Source of the DNA: Promethearchaeati archaeon SRVP18_Atabeyarchaeia-1
Lineage (GTDB): Archaea > Asgardarchaeota > Atabeyarchaeia > Atabeyarchaeales > Atabeyarchaeaceae
NCBI GenBank assembly: GCA_037308085.1
Contig: CP147779.1
Coordinates: forward strand, 960,001 to 1,024,000
Direction of reading: 5' to 3'
Length of the DNA stretch: 64,000 nucleotides
The position numbers were made by a program, and so were the translations under genes. Every line of letters starts with the position of its first letter. Position 1 is the first letter of the stretch. The notes under the pieces were generated by a model. That model worked only from the letters and a program-made list of their open reading frames with translations, ran no database searches and was not told where the DNA came from. This document shows, piece by piece, positions 49,336-60,017 of this stretch.

Positions 49336-52300
49336 CTACCATAGTCTCCAGGGCTTGCTTTCCACGTAGCAGTTTAGTGGCTTCAGACCAGATTCGGGTA
49401 TCCTTGAACTGCTCTTTCTACTCGATTGAGCGCTTACGGCCTTGGAAAGTTCTCTCACTAGTTGAAGGTTTGTGAAAACTGGTATATTGAATTCCACGGC
49501 TTTTCTTCGCATGACGTATTCGTCATCTAGCATCGATGCGTATTTGTCCATCGTGGTTGCAGATGCTATGTTAATGATGATGTCCAGTTTGTGTCCAGTA
49601 ATGTACTCCACCACGTTTGGTTTTCTCTCTGGCTCGCTAACCTTGTAGAGGGTTGTCACTTTCACTCCGCTGGACCTCAGTGCATCCGCCGTATGTTCAG
49701 TTGCATAGATCTCGTACCCCGCTCCCTCAAAGGCTTTTACAACTGGCAGCATCTCTTCCTTCAGCTTTCGACCTCCAACGCTTACAAAAAGCTTGCCGCC
49801 ATTGGTAGGTATGAACACCTCGGCGGAACAAAGGCTCATCAGGAGAGTCTCATGTAGATCTTCTCCTATGCAAGCCACTTCGCCGGTGCTCATCATTTCC
49901 ACATTGAGAATAGGGTCCGCGCCGTCTAGCCGCATAAAAGAGAACTGAGGAACCTTCACCCCGAAGTGCGGAGGCGGGGCGAACCTCCGTTGTACATCGA
50001 AGTCAGTCAGCTTCTTGCCCAACATGAATGCTGTAGCAAGGAACGCCAAATTAACGCCGGTAACCTTTGAGACGAAGGGAAGACTTCGAGAAGCACGCAG
50101 ATTGCACTCGATGACGTAGACTTGGCTATCCCGAACCAGGTATTGGACGTTGAAGGGACCACATATTCTCAGTGCTCTGGCGATCTTCTCTGTGTAATCT
50201 TCTATTGTGCTGATGATATGATCCTCCAGAGACGTGGGAGGAATGGTCATCGTCGCATCGCCACTATGTACTCCGGCCGATTCGATATGCTCTATCACGG
50301 CACCTATCAGCACTTCTCTGCCGTCGCAAACAGCATCCACTTCGCATTCTTTGGCGTTTTCTACGAACTTGCTAATTACGACAGGGTGGTCTTCGGAGAC
50401 CTCTGTTGCAAGCCTAAGTACTATCTCCAATTCCTCCTCGTCGAGTGCAACACGCATGGCCGCTCCGGACAAAACGTACGACGGTCTAACAAGCACAGGA
50501 TAACCTATCTCTCGGCAGAACTTCTTTGCGTCCTCCATGTCGGTGAGTCTCATCCATCTTGGTTGCGGAATGCCCAATGAGGTGAGAAGCGTGCTGAACT
50601 TCGACCTGTCCTCAGACCTGTCAATGTCATCTGCTTTCGTCCCAAGCAAATGAACCCCTGATAGTGAGAGTTGAAGTGCGATATTGTTGGGAGTCTGGCC
50701 TCCGACGCTGACTATCACGCCTGTCGGTTTCTCCTTGTCACATATGTCGCTGACCCTCTCGTAACTAAGCTCCTCGAAGTAGAGCTTGTCAGCTATATCA
50801 TAATCAGTCGATACGGTTTCAGGGTTACAGTTTATTATCACAACCTGATCTACTCCAAGCTTCTTTAAAGCCCAAACAGTGTTGACACACGAGTTATCGA
50901 ATTCCACTGAAGAGCCTATTCTGTAGGTTCCTGAACCGATCACTATGATCCTTTTCTCGGCAGAGCAAAATCGCAGGTCGTCCTCAATTCCACCATATGT
51001 CAAGAAGAGATAGCTTGTCTGCGCTTCCCACTCTGCTGCGAGAGTATCGATCTGCCTGACTATGGGAACGATTCCAAGAGATTTTCTGGCTTCCCTGACG
51101 TCACGTTCAGTCATGCCCAGACACCGTGCAACCTGGATGTCAGAGAAGCCAAACTCCTTGGCTCTACGCAAGTAATATGGGAATTTGCCGTCTTGGGATA
51201 ACTGTGTTCGGTCTGTTGACCTGAGTTCCCTCTCCAGCTCGACTATTCCGAGAATCTTGTGAAGAAAGAATTCGTCTATTCCCGTCAACTTATGTATCTT
51301 GTCAATTGTGAAACCTTGCTTTAGCGCTTTCACGATCTTAAAGAGTCGCTCATCCGTGGGATTCGCGAGCGAATATTCAAGGTCGGCTGTGTTCTCTCTT
51401 TCCTCCTCATCGCGATTGCACACGAGCCCCAGCTTCCCGATCTCCAACATCCTTACTCCTTTTTGCAGAGCTTCTTCGAAGCATGTTCCTATGCCCATGA
51501 CTTCCCCGACAGACTTCATTTGGGTTCCTATTTGGCGGTTGGCCTTGGGGAACTTCTTCAAGTCCCATCTCGGGATTTTTACGACGATGTAATCCATCGC
51601 AGGTTCAAAACATGCGGTTGTGACTTTGGTTACCTTGTTCATAAGTTCGGTGAGAGAGTACCCTATAGCCAGCTTTGCGGCTATGAAAGCCAGTGGATAT
51701 CCGGTCGCTTTGGATGCCAGTGCTGAAGATCTCGAGAGTCTGGAATTGATTTCTATAACCCTGTATTCATCTGATGTTGGATTAAGGGCGAACTGGACAT
51801 TGCATTCCCCGATTATGTTGAGAGAGCGAACAACTCTGAAGGCAACGTCTCTTAGCAGTTGGTACTCGTGATCGTTCAGAGTCTGTGATGGAGCCACTAC
51901 TATCGAGTCTCCCGTATGTATTCCCATCGGGTCGAAGTTCTCCATGTTACATACTGCAATGCAATTTCCTGCATTGTCCCTGCAGATCTCATACTCTATT
52001 TCCTTCCAGTGCCCGAGGTACTCCTCAACTAGTATCTTGCGAACCATGCTCTGAGCAAGCCCTCGATTCGCTATGTCCGTGAGCTCTTCCTTGTTTTTCG
52101 CTACCCCCGAACCTCTGCCTCCAAGCGCATAGGCAACACGCACCATTACCGGGTAGCCGATTCCCTCTGCTACATCTATTGCTTCTACTACAGAAGTCGC
52201 TATCTTGCTTCTGGGCACGCTGATGTTCTGTTTGATCATCGCTTCGCGAAATCGCTCCCTGTCATCGGCTGTCTCAATAGATTCAATCGAGATTCCGAGA

Positions 52301-52644
52301 ACGCTGACATTGTACCTCTCGAAGACGCCTTTCTTCGCTGCTTCGTAACCACAGTTAAGCGCCGTCTGACCGCCAAATCCGAGTAGGATTCCATCAGGCC
52401 TTTCACATTCTATGATCTTCTCAACATAGTCCGCTTGGACGGGTACGAGATATACCCTGTCAGCTATTCTCGGATCAGTCTGGATTGTGGCGATATTGGG
52501 GTTGATGAGAACTGTCTCAATTCCCTCCTCTCTTAATGCCTTCAAGGCCTGCGAACCTGAGTAGTCGAACTCTCCCGCTTCGCCGATCTTGATCGACCCG
52601 CTCCCAAGAACCATTACCTTCTTCATATCAAGCATCTTGGGCAT
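49336..52644 (-). CDS. carB: Carbamoyl-phosphate synthase large subunit
   Basis: GEAGEFDYSG, GIHTGDS, RSSALASKATG, NPETVSTDYD, C-terminal MGS domain. Confidence 0.97.
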   Translation of the reverse strand: MPKMLDMKKVMVLGSGSIKIGEAGEFDYSGSQALKALREEGIETVLINPNIATIQTDPRIADRVYLVPVQADYVEKIIECERPDGILLGFGGQTALNCGYEAAKKGVFERYNVSVLGISIESIETADDRERFREAMIKQNISVPRSKIATSVVEAIDVAEGIGYPVMVRVAYALGGRGSGVAKNKEELTDIANRGLAQSMVRKILVEEYLGHWKEIEYEICRDNAGNCIAVCNMENFDPMGIHTGDSIVVAPSQTLNDHEYQLLRDVAFRVVRSLNIIGECNVQFALNPTSDEYRVIEINSRLSRSSALASKATGYPLAFIAAKLAIGYSLTELMNKVTKVTTACFEPAMDYIVVKIPRWDLKKFPKANRQIGTQMKSVGEVMGIGTCFEEALQKGVRMLEIGKLGLVCNRDEEERENTADLEYSLANPTDERLFKIVKALKQGFTIDKIHKLTGIDEFFLHKILGIVELERELRSTDRTQLSQDGKFPYYLRRAKEFGFSDIQVARCLGMTERDVREARKSLGIVPIVRQIDTLAAEWEAQTSYLFLTYGGIEDDLRFCSAEKRIIVIGSGTYRIGSSVEFDNSCVNTVWALKKLGVDQVVIINCNPETVSTDYDIADKLYFEELSYERVSDICDKEKPTGVIVSVGGQTPNNIALQLSLSGVHLLGTKADDIDRSEDRSKFSTLLTSLGIPQPRWMRLTDMEDAKKFCREIGYPVLVRPSYVLSGAAMRVALDEEELEIVLRLATEVSEDHPVVISKFVENAKECEVDAVCDGREVLIGAVIEHIESAGVHSGDATMTIPPTSLEDHIISTIEDYTEKIARALRICGPFNVQYLVRDSQVYVIECNLRASRSLPFVSKVTGVNLAFLATAFMLGKKLTDFDVQRRFAPPPHFGVKVPQFSFMRLDGADPILNVEMMSTGEVACIGEDLHETLLMSLCSAEVFIPTNGGKLFVSVGGRKLKEEMLPVVKAFEGAGYEIYATEHTADALRSSGVKVTTLYKVSEPERKPNVVEYITGHKLDIIINIASATTMDKYASMLDDEYVMRRKAVEFNIPVFTNLQLVRELSKAVSAQSSRKSSSRIPESGLKPLNCYVESKPWRLW

Positions 52645-52658
52645 ATTGTCATCCCTCC

Positions 52659-53819
52659 TCAGCTCCTTTTTCTAATCCACTCGGCAAAGATGTCAAAGAG
52701 GAATTCCAGTTCGCTCGGTCCAGGTGTGTGTTCGGGGTGGTGCTGGATAGACATTGCTCTCTTTGATTGATGCTTGACCCCTTCCACCGTTTTGTCATTT
52801 GCATTCAGAAAGGAGATCGTCAACCCTGTCTTTTCAAGAGAAGTAGGGTCGACTGCGAAACCGTGATTCGCGCTTGAAATATAGCATCGCCCAGAAGACA
52901 GATCTATAATCGGAGAGTTCACACTTCTGTGACCAAACTTCAACTTGTATGTGGAGCCACCTAGCGCCAGAGCAAATATCTGGTTACCGAGACATATCGA
53001 GAACATCGGCAGATTTTCGGAAAGAAGTCTCTCCACAGTTTCTATCGTTCTGACGCAAATCTTCGGATCGCCAGGACCGTTGCTGACCATGAAGCCATCA
53101 GGTTTGTACTCAAGGATAGCGTCTGGATCGCTGTCAAAGGGAACCTTAACCACCCTTAAACCTCTCTCAAGCATCTTTCTCAGAATCGAGTTCTTGGCGC
53201 CACAATCTATCAGGGCGACCGTAGGTTTTCCAGCTCCGCCGCCATCACCGTAAATCACCGGTTCCTTGCACGAAACTTCCGCCACTAGATCTGTCCTATT
53301 CGGATCTTCAATGGAGAGAGCTGATTCAGAAACATGCTCAGAGTCTACCTCTCCGCCTTCATCGAAGACCTCTATTCTACCCAGCATTACTCCGCGTGTC
53401 CTTAGCCGTTTGGTCAGCGCTCTGGTATCTATGCCCCATATTCCAGGAATTCCCTCAGAGTTCAACCATGCATCAAGGGTGAGCGCCGATGACCAGTGGC
53501 TTGGCTCTTTGCATTCCTCGTGTACAACTAGACCTCTAACCTTGATCGAGCTGGACTCGAACCATCTAGGGAGACCCCACGAGTCAACCTCCCGGAGAAG
53601 GGGGACGCCATAGTTTCCGATTAATGGGTACGTATATACCAGAATCTGCCCCCAATAGGAGGGATCCGTAAGAGCCTCGTTGTAGCCATACATTGCGGTG
53701 TTGAAGACGACTTCACCCGAGACTCTGTGGAAAGCACCGAAACTGAAACCCTGGAAGACAGTTCCGTCTTCGAGAATGAGGGCAGCCTTTCTGTTCCCAT
53801 GGTGCCCCAATCGATCCAA
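52659..53819 (-). CDS. carA: Carbamoyl-phosphate synthase small subunit
   Basis: GEVVFNT, LTDPSY, SNGPGDP, ICLG, HPE. Confidence 0.96.
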   Translation of the reverse strand: MDRLGHHGNRKAALILEDGTVFQGFSFGAFHRVSGEVVFNTAMYGYNEALTDPSYWGQILVYTYPLIGNYGVPLLREVDSWGLPRWFESSSIKVRGLVVHEECKEPSHWSSALTLDAWLNSEGIPGIWGIDTRALTKRLRTRGVMLGRIEVFDEGGEVDSEHVSESALSIEDPNRTDLVAEVSCKEPVIYGDGGGAGKPTVALIDCGAKNSILRKMLERGLRVVKVPFDSDPDAILEYKPDGFMVSNGPGDPKICVRTIETVERLLSENLPMFSICLGNQIFALALGGSTYKLKFGHRSVNSPIIDLSSGRCYISSANHGFAVDPTSLEKTGLTISFLNANDKTVEGVKHQSKRAMSIQHHPEHTPGPSELEFLFDIFAEWIRKRS

Positions 53820-53892
53820 AAATCGCAGCCCTTGAAGTATCGTGCAAATGCCACTTATAAGTATTTTCTTCTTGAAACGGAATTTGGCCCAA

Positions 53893-54231
53893 CTAGTTCT
53901 TGTTCTTCAACGACCTGACAGCCGAGTCCCCCTCAGATTTTGCTTGCTCCCACTGTGACACTATCTTCTGATAAGCGGTCGGGGATGGATCCTTCCTGTA
54001 ATTCGAGAACAGTTCGACTAGCTTAGCTATGTCTCCCAAAAAGGGTAATCTCGAGATTATCATCTGCTCCTTCGAAACATCGACTTCGAGAATGACTGCG
54101 TTCTCCAAGGTCATAGAATCGCCTAGAACCTTTCTAATTGTGAGACACCCGTTCTTCATTGTTGCTTTCACGATGTCTTCAGCTATTCTTTTTGAAGGAT
54201 CATCTTTATCGTATACAGTAAATTCGCACAT
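53893..54231 (-). CDS. CooT-like small metal-binding protein with helical extension
   Basis: MCEF.VY...IAEDIV......LG N-terminal pattern. Confidence 0.65.
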   Translation of the reverse strand: MCEFTVYDKDDPSKRIAEDIVKATMKNGCLTIRKVLGDSMTLENAVILEVDVSKEQMIISRLPFLGDIAKLVELFSNYRKDPSPTAYQKIVSQWEQAKSEGDSAVRSLKNKN

Positions 54232-54272
54232 CTTTGAACAACCTCTTCCAACGGTTTTCCAGAATAGCTCCG

Positions 54273-55880
54273 CTATTCAACTTTCTTACCGCCGTAGAAA
54301 ATCCTCATGGCTTCATTAATGTTTTCCAGTATTTCGTTTGGGGTTAGACTGTCTCCGACTTTGGAGAAAGCAATGTCTCCTGCTTTTCCACAGGCGAATG
54401 CCGCAGCCGCGGCTGCCTCAAAAGGCAATCTGGTCCAAGATAGGAAGGTGGCTGCCATGCCAGAGAGAACATCACCCACCCCTCCTTTTGCCATTCCGGG
54501 GTTTCCCGTGAAATTGACCTTCGACCTGTTCCCGTCGCTGACAACTGCAATCCCGTTAGCTCTCTTCAGGAGAAGCGTGACTCCAAGCTTCTTCGCTTGC
54601 TTCGACACTTTCTCTAGAACTTCTTCGAGTTTATCTGTGGCACTAATCTCGGATCCCGTGAGAATCTTGAATTCTCCTAAGTGTGGCGTAAGAATCGCAT
54701 CTGTGCCGCGCAAAAGCGATTCGTTTCCTACAAGTAACTTCAAGCCATCTGCATCTATTACCGTGGGTGTCTTCCTGCTACCGATTCTCTTCAGAACTTC
54801 GGTAAACCCTTTCCTGGTGTCATCACTTAGTCCCAACCCGGGACCTACCACTACAGTGCTGGCCCATTCAAGTAGTTCATCAATTACCGGAGTGGCTTCA
54901 GGTGATAGCACCTTGCCAGGCAAATCCCTGACTATCAACGTTGGGGAGAAACCTCTTATTACATTTGACACTGATGAAGGAGCCGCTATGATTGCGAGTC
55001 CAGCCCCAGTTCTCAGAGCCGACAAAGCTGAGAAGCAAGGGGCCCCAGAATATTGGCTACTACCCCCGATGACAAGGATCCTTCCATAGTCGCCCTTGTG
55101 TGAGTCTCTGAGCCTAGGCTTGACAACGCGCCTGACGTCTCCAGGTCCAACCACCAGTTCAGCTTCAGGCGGGATGCCGATTCCTTTCACTTTGATCTCA
55201 CCTGTGCACTCGGGGCATGAAGGCAAACCCTTCTTCATTCTATGGAAGACAACTGTCGCGTCGGCGCGGACTGCAACGCCACTCACTTCACCTGTGTCTG
55301 GATTGACGCCTGATGGAATGTCAACCGCCACCTTAAGCGCACCAGAACTGTTTATCAGGGCTATTGCACCCGCAGCTGGCTCCCTAATCTTTCCCTTAAT
55401 CCCCGTTCCAAAGATTGCGTCGATGATAACATCAGACTCTTTTGCGATTGCAGCGATTGAGTCTAGTTCGGACGAGTCTCTCACGACGTGTTTCCTTACA
55501 CTGAATACCATCTTGTCAATAGCCTTATAGTTCTGCGAAGCTTCAGCCGTGTGGATCTCTTGAGGCGAACCCAAGAGTACGAAATCGACAAATGCGCCCA
55601 TGTGCGCCAAGTGCCTCGCGGCGACAGAGCCATCTCCGCCATTATTACCCATCCCAGCGAACACTGCGATCTTCTTGCCTTCAACCTTATCGCCAAGCTT
55701 CGCTGAAACAAAGTCGGCTACCTCTTTGCCCGCGTTTTCCATCAGGCAAAGTGTGGACACCCCGAGATACGCGGTATTCTCGTCGAGGACTGCCACCTCC
55801 TCAGAAGTCATGAGTTCCCCGATACCCCAGTAAGTAGCCTTTGTTGCTGATTTTGAACCAGCGTAACTCTGTCCGGGCAT
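54273..55880 (-). CDS. nnr: Bifunctional NAD(P)HX epimerase/dehydratase
   Basis: LMENAG, GNNGGDG, DAIFGTG, HKGDYG, IDADGL, TPH.GEF, GG.GDVL. Confidence 0.93.
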   Translation of the reverse strand: MPGQSYAGSKSATKATYWGIGELMTSEEVAVLDENTAYLGVSTLCLMENAGKEVADFVSAKLGDKVEGKKIAVFAGMGNNGGDGSVAARHLAHMGAFVDFVLLGSPQEIHTAEASQNYKAIDKMVFSVRKHVVRDSSELDSIAAIAKESDVIIDAIFGTGIKGKIREPAAGAIALINSSGALKVAVDIPSGVNPDTGEVSGVAVRADATVVFHRMKKGLPSCPECTGEIKVKGIGIPPEAELVVGPGDVRRVVKPRLRDSHKGDYGRILVIGGSSQYSGAPCFSALSALRTGAGLAIIAAPSSVSNVIRGFSPTLIVRDLPGKVLSPEATPVIDELLEWASTVVVGPGLGLSDDTRKGFTEVLKRIGSRKTPTVIDADGLKLLVGNESLLRGTDAILTPHLGEFKILTGSEISATDKLEEVLEKVSKQAKKLGVTLLLKRANGIAVVSDGNRSKVNFTGNPGMAKGGVGDVLSGMAATFLSWTRLPFEAAAAAAFACGKAGDIAFSKVGDSLTPNEILENINEAMRIFYGGKKVE

Positions 55881-55998
55881 TTGAGTACCTCCTGATGATC
55901 TTGATTCCTTTCCATCCGGATGCCAAAACCAGTCGGATAAATGTCGCTAGCAGACTAATAAGGCGCCTAGCTAATATTCTGCTTTTCTATTGGTAACT

Positions 55999-56790
55999 TC
56001 ATCGCGACTTGGCTAGTTCATCCCTGTGAACCATGAAACCAGCGTCCCTATGCTTCACATACACATCCTTGAGGCCTGTTGCCCGAGCTAGCCTCGTCAG
56101 GTCTCCAGAGGTTGGAGCCCTAATTCTTCTCATGTTCTCGTCTCTGGCATGCTCGGGAAGGAATTCCTGTAAGGTGTAGCTTGCGGTCTTCTCTGAAGCT
56201 CTGGCATCATAACCCAGGGATCTCAGAATCTCACCTATTCTCTCGAAATCCCTTTCTCTATCATTCAAGGTTGGAACCACCGTTGTTCTGATGTCCAAGT
56301 AGATTTCGTCGTGCCTCAGCAATTCCTTCAAGGTCATCATTGTGTTGTTAGCGATTTCCCTCCCCCTGCCAGGCAGCCCAACCAGTTTCTCCATGAGATT
56401 TGGATCATCTGGCGGGGCTTTCAGATCCAGGGATATGAGATCAGAATATGGTATCAGCATGATGGTGACCCCATGCAGGAATCCGTTTGTGTCAAACCCG
56501 AATAGTAGTCCCCTTTTCCTGCAATGATTGCTGACTTCCTTAATGAGATCAGGGTACAGTGTGGGCTCTCCGCCGGTGATCTTGACAGCCTCTATTGTGG
56601 AGCTCGCGCTGTCTATGACCCTGAAAACTTCCTCTATTTCCTTACTATCCTCGGGCTTCGCTTCGAGTATTCTCCAATTTTGGCAGAACGGGCAGTTATA
56701 ATTACATCTGGGGGTGAAGATTACTGCTGCAGGTCTCCCGATATAGTCGACTGAGCTTAGGTCAAGTGATCCTGCAACAAGGACTCTCAT
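55999..56790 (-). CDS. Radical SAM activating enzyme (anaerobic RNR / PFL activase-like)
   Basis: CNYNCPFCQN, TGGEPT, DTNG, DLKA, RTTVVP; ATG 56790. Confidence 0.85.
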   Translation of the reverse strand: MRVLVAGSLDLSSVDYIGRPAAVIFTPRCNYNCPFCQNWRILEAKPEDSKEIEEVFRVIDSASSTIEAVKITGGEPTLYPDLIKEVSNHCRKRGLLFGFDTNGFLHGVTIMLIPYSDLISLDLKAPPDDPNLMEKLVGLPGRGREIANNTMMTLKELLRHDEIYLDIRTTVVPTLNDRERDFERIGEILRSLGYDARASEKTASYTLQEFLPEHARDENMRRIRAPTSGDLTRLARATGLKDVYVKHRDAGFMVHRDELAKSR

Positions 56791-56961
56791 TTTCTTGCTT
56801 TTCCTCCAACGGAGGATGCTTAACGCGGGGAGTGAAGCAGAGCAAAGAGCTGAGTCAGTTCTCTGCATTGGGGCAACCAGAATCGCCCCTATCTGCGGGC
56901 TTACGTCGTTCATCTAGAGATATGAATACTTACGTGTCTCTTCTACAACGGTCAAATTTGA

Positions 56962-57720
56962 CTAAGTGTAGATAGATGCAGAGCTATTCTTCATATCCTG
57001 TTGCTTCACTCTTTCCGTGTGTGTTGCAAGCACCTGCAGTTGCTTCTGGATAGTCTTGGCTTGCTCTAGAAGCGATTTGACATCCACGGTGACTCCACGA
57101 ACATCACCCAATACCCTGACTATCTCCGCTGCCGCCGCTGGATCTGGCACCTCCTCCAAGGCTTCCACAATCAAACAGAGTCCATTAAGATCCCTCATAA
57201 GGCACTCATTCATTATGGCTCCGGGCATGCCTGCGACGAACCCCGCCTGCAGGCGTGGGATGTCGTGCTCCTTTAGTTCATCCAACACATCTGGTTCGGC
57301 AGCGCCAAAGACAATCGGTTTCTTCTTGTCATCCTTCCTCGGTATTCCTTCAACGCATATCAACTCGGAGGCGTCGTTTTTCTGGGACCACTCGCATATT
57401 GCATAGGCATAGTATGGAAGAGACATGCTTGGTACCGCAACCTCGGATATTACCACGACGAGTTTGCCATCCTTACTTGCATACAGCCTGATTGGAGCCC
57501 TCAAAATTCCACTGTAAAAAGGCGATATCGGAGGCGTGAACGGTGACCTTATTGCCCCGATCAAATCCATATCTAGCGTCTGTACCATATGATGTGTGAC
57601 TATCGTTCCAACGAGTCCTGGTCCAGGAAACCCGACTATGACCATTGGTTTATTGAGCGTGACCTTCTTCGTCTCAACTATTTCAGCGCCACGCGCTGTT
57701 TCCATAGGCAAAACCATCAT
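56962..57720 (-). CDS. PAC2-family proteasome assembly chaperone
   Basis: GFPGPGLVG, PIRLY, PDPAAAA, V..L.EQA. Confidence 0.88.
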   Translation of the reverse strand: MMVLPMETARGAEIVETKKVTLNKPMVIVGFPGPGLVGTIVTHHMVQTLDMDLIGAIRSPFTPPISPFYSGILRAPIRLYASKDGKLVVVISEVAVPSMSLPYYAYAICEWSQKNDASELICVEGIPRKDDKKKPIVFGAAEPDVLDELKEHDIPRLQAGFVAGMPGAIMNECLMRDLNGLCLIVEALEEVPDPAAAAEIVRVLGDVRGVTVDVKSLLEQAKTIQKQLQVLATHTERVKQQDMKNSSASIYT

Positions 57721-57860
57721 TAGTGCTGCACACCTTCATTCGTTTTCAGTCATGGATCGATGCTCGACCCATGTGAAGATAAGGATATAATATGTGGCTT
57801 TGCATTTAAAGGTAGAAGCCTCGAGGCGCTCATCAAGCAGCTTCTGCTTGCCAGCGTGAT

Positions 57861-58469
57861 ATGATAGATCGACAATGGCGACGGGCTCGTTCTCCGCCGG
57901 AGAGATGTACACAACAGTTGGAAGACAATACAATATCACCTTCGGATGAAATCGAAGTCCCGTTTGTTTCTTCTTCAGAGTTGATTACAGCGAAAATGCT
58001 CGAAATAGTTAAACTCAGCGCAAATGATCTTCTCTTCGACCTTGGATCAGGTGATGGCAGAATCGTGATTGCAGGCTGCCAGAACCACGGGGCGAGATGC
58101 ATCGGCATCGAGAGGAAAAGAGCGCTAGTTGAAGAATCAACGAAAAAGATTAGGGAACTCGGTCTATCCCGAAGAGCCGCCATAGTCCTTGGCGATTTTC
58201 ACTCAATTGATCTGGGTAGCGCTGACGTAGTAGTCTCCTATCTTCTAACGCTTGTCAACAAACAGCTTGAATCCAAACTCGATAGGGAGCTCGAACCGAA
58301 GGCTCGGGTAATCAGCCATGATTTCGAATTTCCAGACTGGAAGCCAACTGAATTCGTCGAAGTTAATGAAGGAATGCTTGACCATAAGATCTACCTCTAC
58401 GTCAAAGAGAACGCCGAAGGCTTCAAGAGGAAAACCGGAAAACCGCAACCCAATTGGCGGCCACTGTGA
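57861..58469 (+). CDS. SAM-dependent methyltransferase (archaeal protein-lysine methyltransferase-like)
   Basis: VPFV, DLGSGDGRIV, GIE, YL, SHDF; start probably downstream of the listed one. Confidence 0.82.
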   Translation: MIDRQWRRARSPPERCTQQLEDNTISPSDEIEVPFVSSSELITAKMLEIVKLSANDLLFDLGSGDGRIVIAGCQNHGARCIGIERKRALVEESTKKIRELGLSRRAAIVLGDFHSIDLGSADVVVSYLLTLVNKQLESKLDRELEPKARVISHDFEFPDWKPTEFVEVNEGMLDHKIYLYVKENAEGFKRKTGKPQPNWRPL

Positions 58470-58496
58470 CCTTGTTCGGAGCTCGTCGGCTACTAG

Positions 58497-60002
58497 TTAG
58501 CCTACTTTACCAAGCAACATACCTTCAACAGTTATTGGCTCCGTCTTCATGGCCAATGCTTGAGCCTCGGACAGTTTCCCTTCACTCTCAGAATAGATCT
58601 CAATTAGCGGGTCGCCCTTCTTGACTATGTAGCCCCTTTTGGCATGGAGCTTGATCCCTGCCCCCTTATCAATAGGTGACCCAGCAGCTCTAGCTATATT
58701 CTTTATTGCATTGTTATCCACGCTCACTACGTAGCCATCAGCAGGTGACAGCAATTTGATCCTATGGGTGCCAATGGGGATATCTTCGGGTTTGACTCGT
58801 GGGTCTCCACCTTGCGCTTCTATTATTTCCCTCATTTTCTGTAGGGCCTTACCGCTTGCGAGTATCTCCTTCGCTCTATCTTGTCCTCGTCCCCTCGGCG
58901 TCGCACCGCTCATCTCAAGGAGTAGACCTGCCAAGGCAGTTGACTTCTCAATTAAGCTCGTGGGTCCGTTTCCGGAAAGAGCTTCAAGCGCCTCCTTAGC
59001 TTCCAAAGCTGGGCCAACTGTGTGCCCAACTGGTTGATCTCCATAGGTTATCCCACACTCAACTTTGACTCCGAACCTCTGCCCCAATTCAACGAACTCG
59101 CGGCCAAGGCTTTGAGCTTGCTCGATGTCATCAACTTTGGTGCCGCGCCCGACGGGGATGTCAAGCGTCAGGAAATCAATGCCGACTGCGAGCTTCTTTG
59201 CCATGATTGAGGCAAGCATTTGGGCTTTCGGGTTGATCTCAAGTGAATACTCGACGCGCATGAACAGATCGTCGGCGGGGGCTAGATTGAGTGACCCACC
59301 CCACACGATTACGCCTTTTGTCTTCTTAGCGATCCCCTTCAACTCGTCAGCCCTGAAGGAGATGGGTGCGAGGACGCCCATAGTGTCCGCCGTACCAGAC
59401 GCAGAAGTTATCGCCTTGCTGCTCGTCTTAGGTATGAGAAGACCGGCTGACGCTACTATCGGAACGATCAGCAAACTGACTTTGTTGCCCGGAACCCCAC
59501 CGATGGAATGCTTATCATAAGCAGGCTCCTCAAAATCAATGGTCTCGCCGCTACCAACTATGGCCTCAGTCAGTGACTTGACCTCATTGATGTCAAATCC
59601 TTCATACTGCTCAGCGAAAAGAAGACCTGCAAGCTCCAAGTCGCTGAGGTTTCCCTCCATGACATCCTTGACTATGGTGTCTATCTCATCCTTCGCCAGC
59701 TTTGCTCCCTTCATCTTTTTCCTGATGAATCCTATTGATTCAGGTGCCACCGTGAGTCCAACTTGAACAGGTTCGCCATCCCCGATACAGAGTTCTGACT
59801 GAACATTCCCATAGATCCCTATTTGACCTAGATCAATGAAGGACTTGGTTATCTCAACTATCGCTGTTATCCTTCTGTTGCTCGTCCTCAGCGTTACGCG
59901 ATCGTACACATTGATCCCTTCCCGATCAGCGTCAGAACTGTTGATGAGGACTTCTCTTTTGTTAGAAACTATGTCCAATAGCTTGGCTCTAAATTGCACC
60001 AT
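58497..60002 (-). CDS. AMP phosphorylase
   Basis: N-terminal double-psi-barrel-like extension, DKHSIGGVPGNK, KTSS.AIT..SGTAD. Confidence 0.92.
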   Translation of the reverse strand: MVQFRAKLLDIVSNKREVLINSSDADREGINVYDRVTLRTSNRRITAIVEITKSFIDLGQIGIYGNVQSELCIGDGEPVQVGLTVAPESIGFIRKKMKGAKLAKDEIDTIVKDVMEGNLSDLELAGLLFAEQYEGFDINEVKSLTEAIVGSGETIDFEEPAYDKHSIGGVPGNKVSLLIVPIVASAGLLIPKTSSKAITSASGTADTMGVLAPISFRADELKGIAKKTKGVIVWGGSLNLAPADDLFMRVEYSLEINPKAQMLASIMAKKLAVGIDFLTLDIPVGRGTKVDDIEQAQSLGREFVELGQRFGVKVECGITYGDQPVGHTVGPALEAKEALEALSGNGPTSLIEKSTALAGLLLEMSGATPRGRGQDRAKEILASGKALQKMREIIEAQGGDPRVKPEDIPIGTHRIKLLSPADGYVVSVDNNAIKNIARAAGSPIDKGAGIKLHAKRGYIVKKGDPLIEIYSESEGKLSEAQALAMKTEPITVEGMLLGKVG

Positions 60003-60017
60003 CGATCAACTCCTCTT

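Noticed and set aside
54307-55530. Long antisense ORFs here and opposite the thermosome, carB, AMP phosphorylase and cdc48 genes
   Set aside because: These are shadow ORFs of well-conserved genes on the other strand, with Ser/Pro/Thr-rich, non-protein-like composition.
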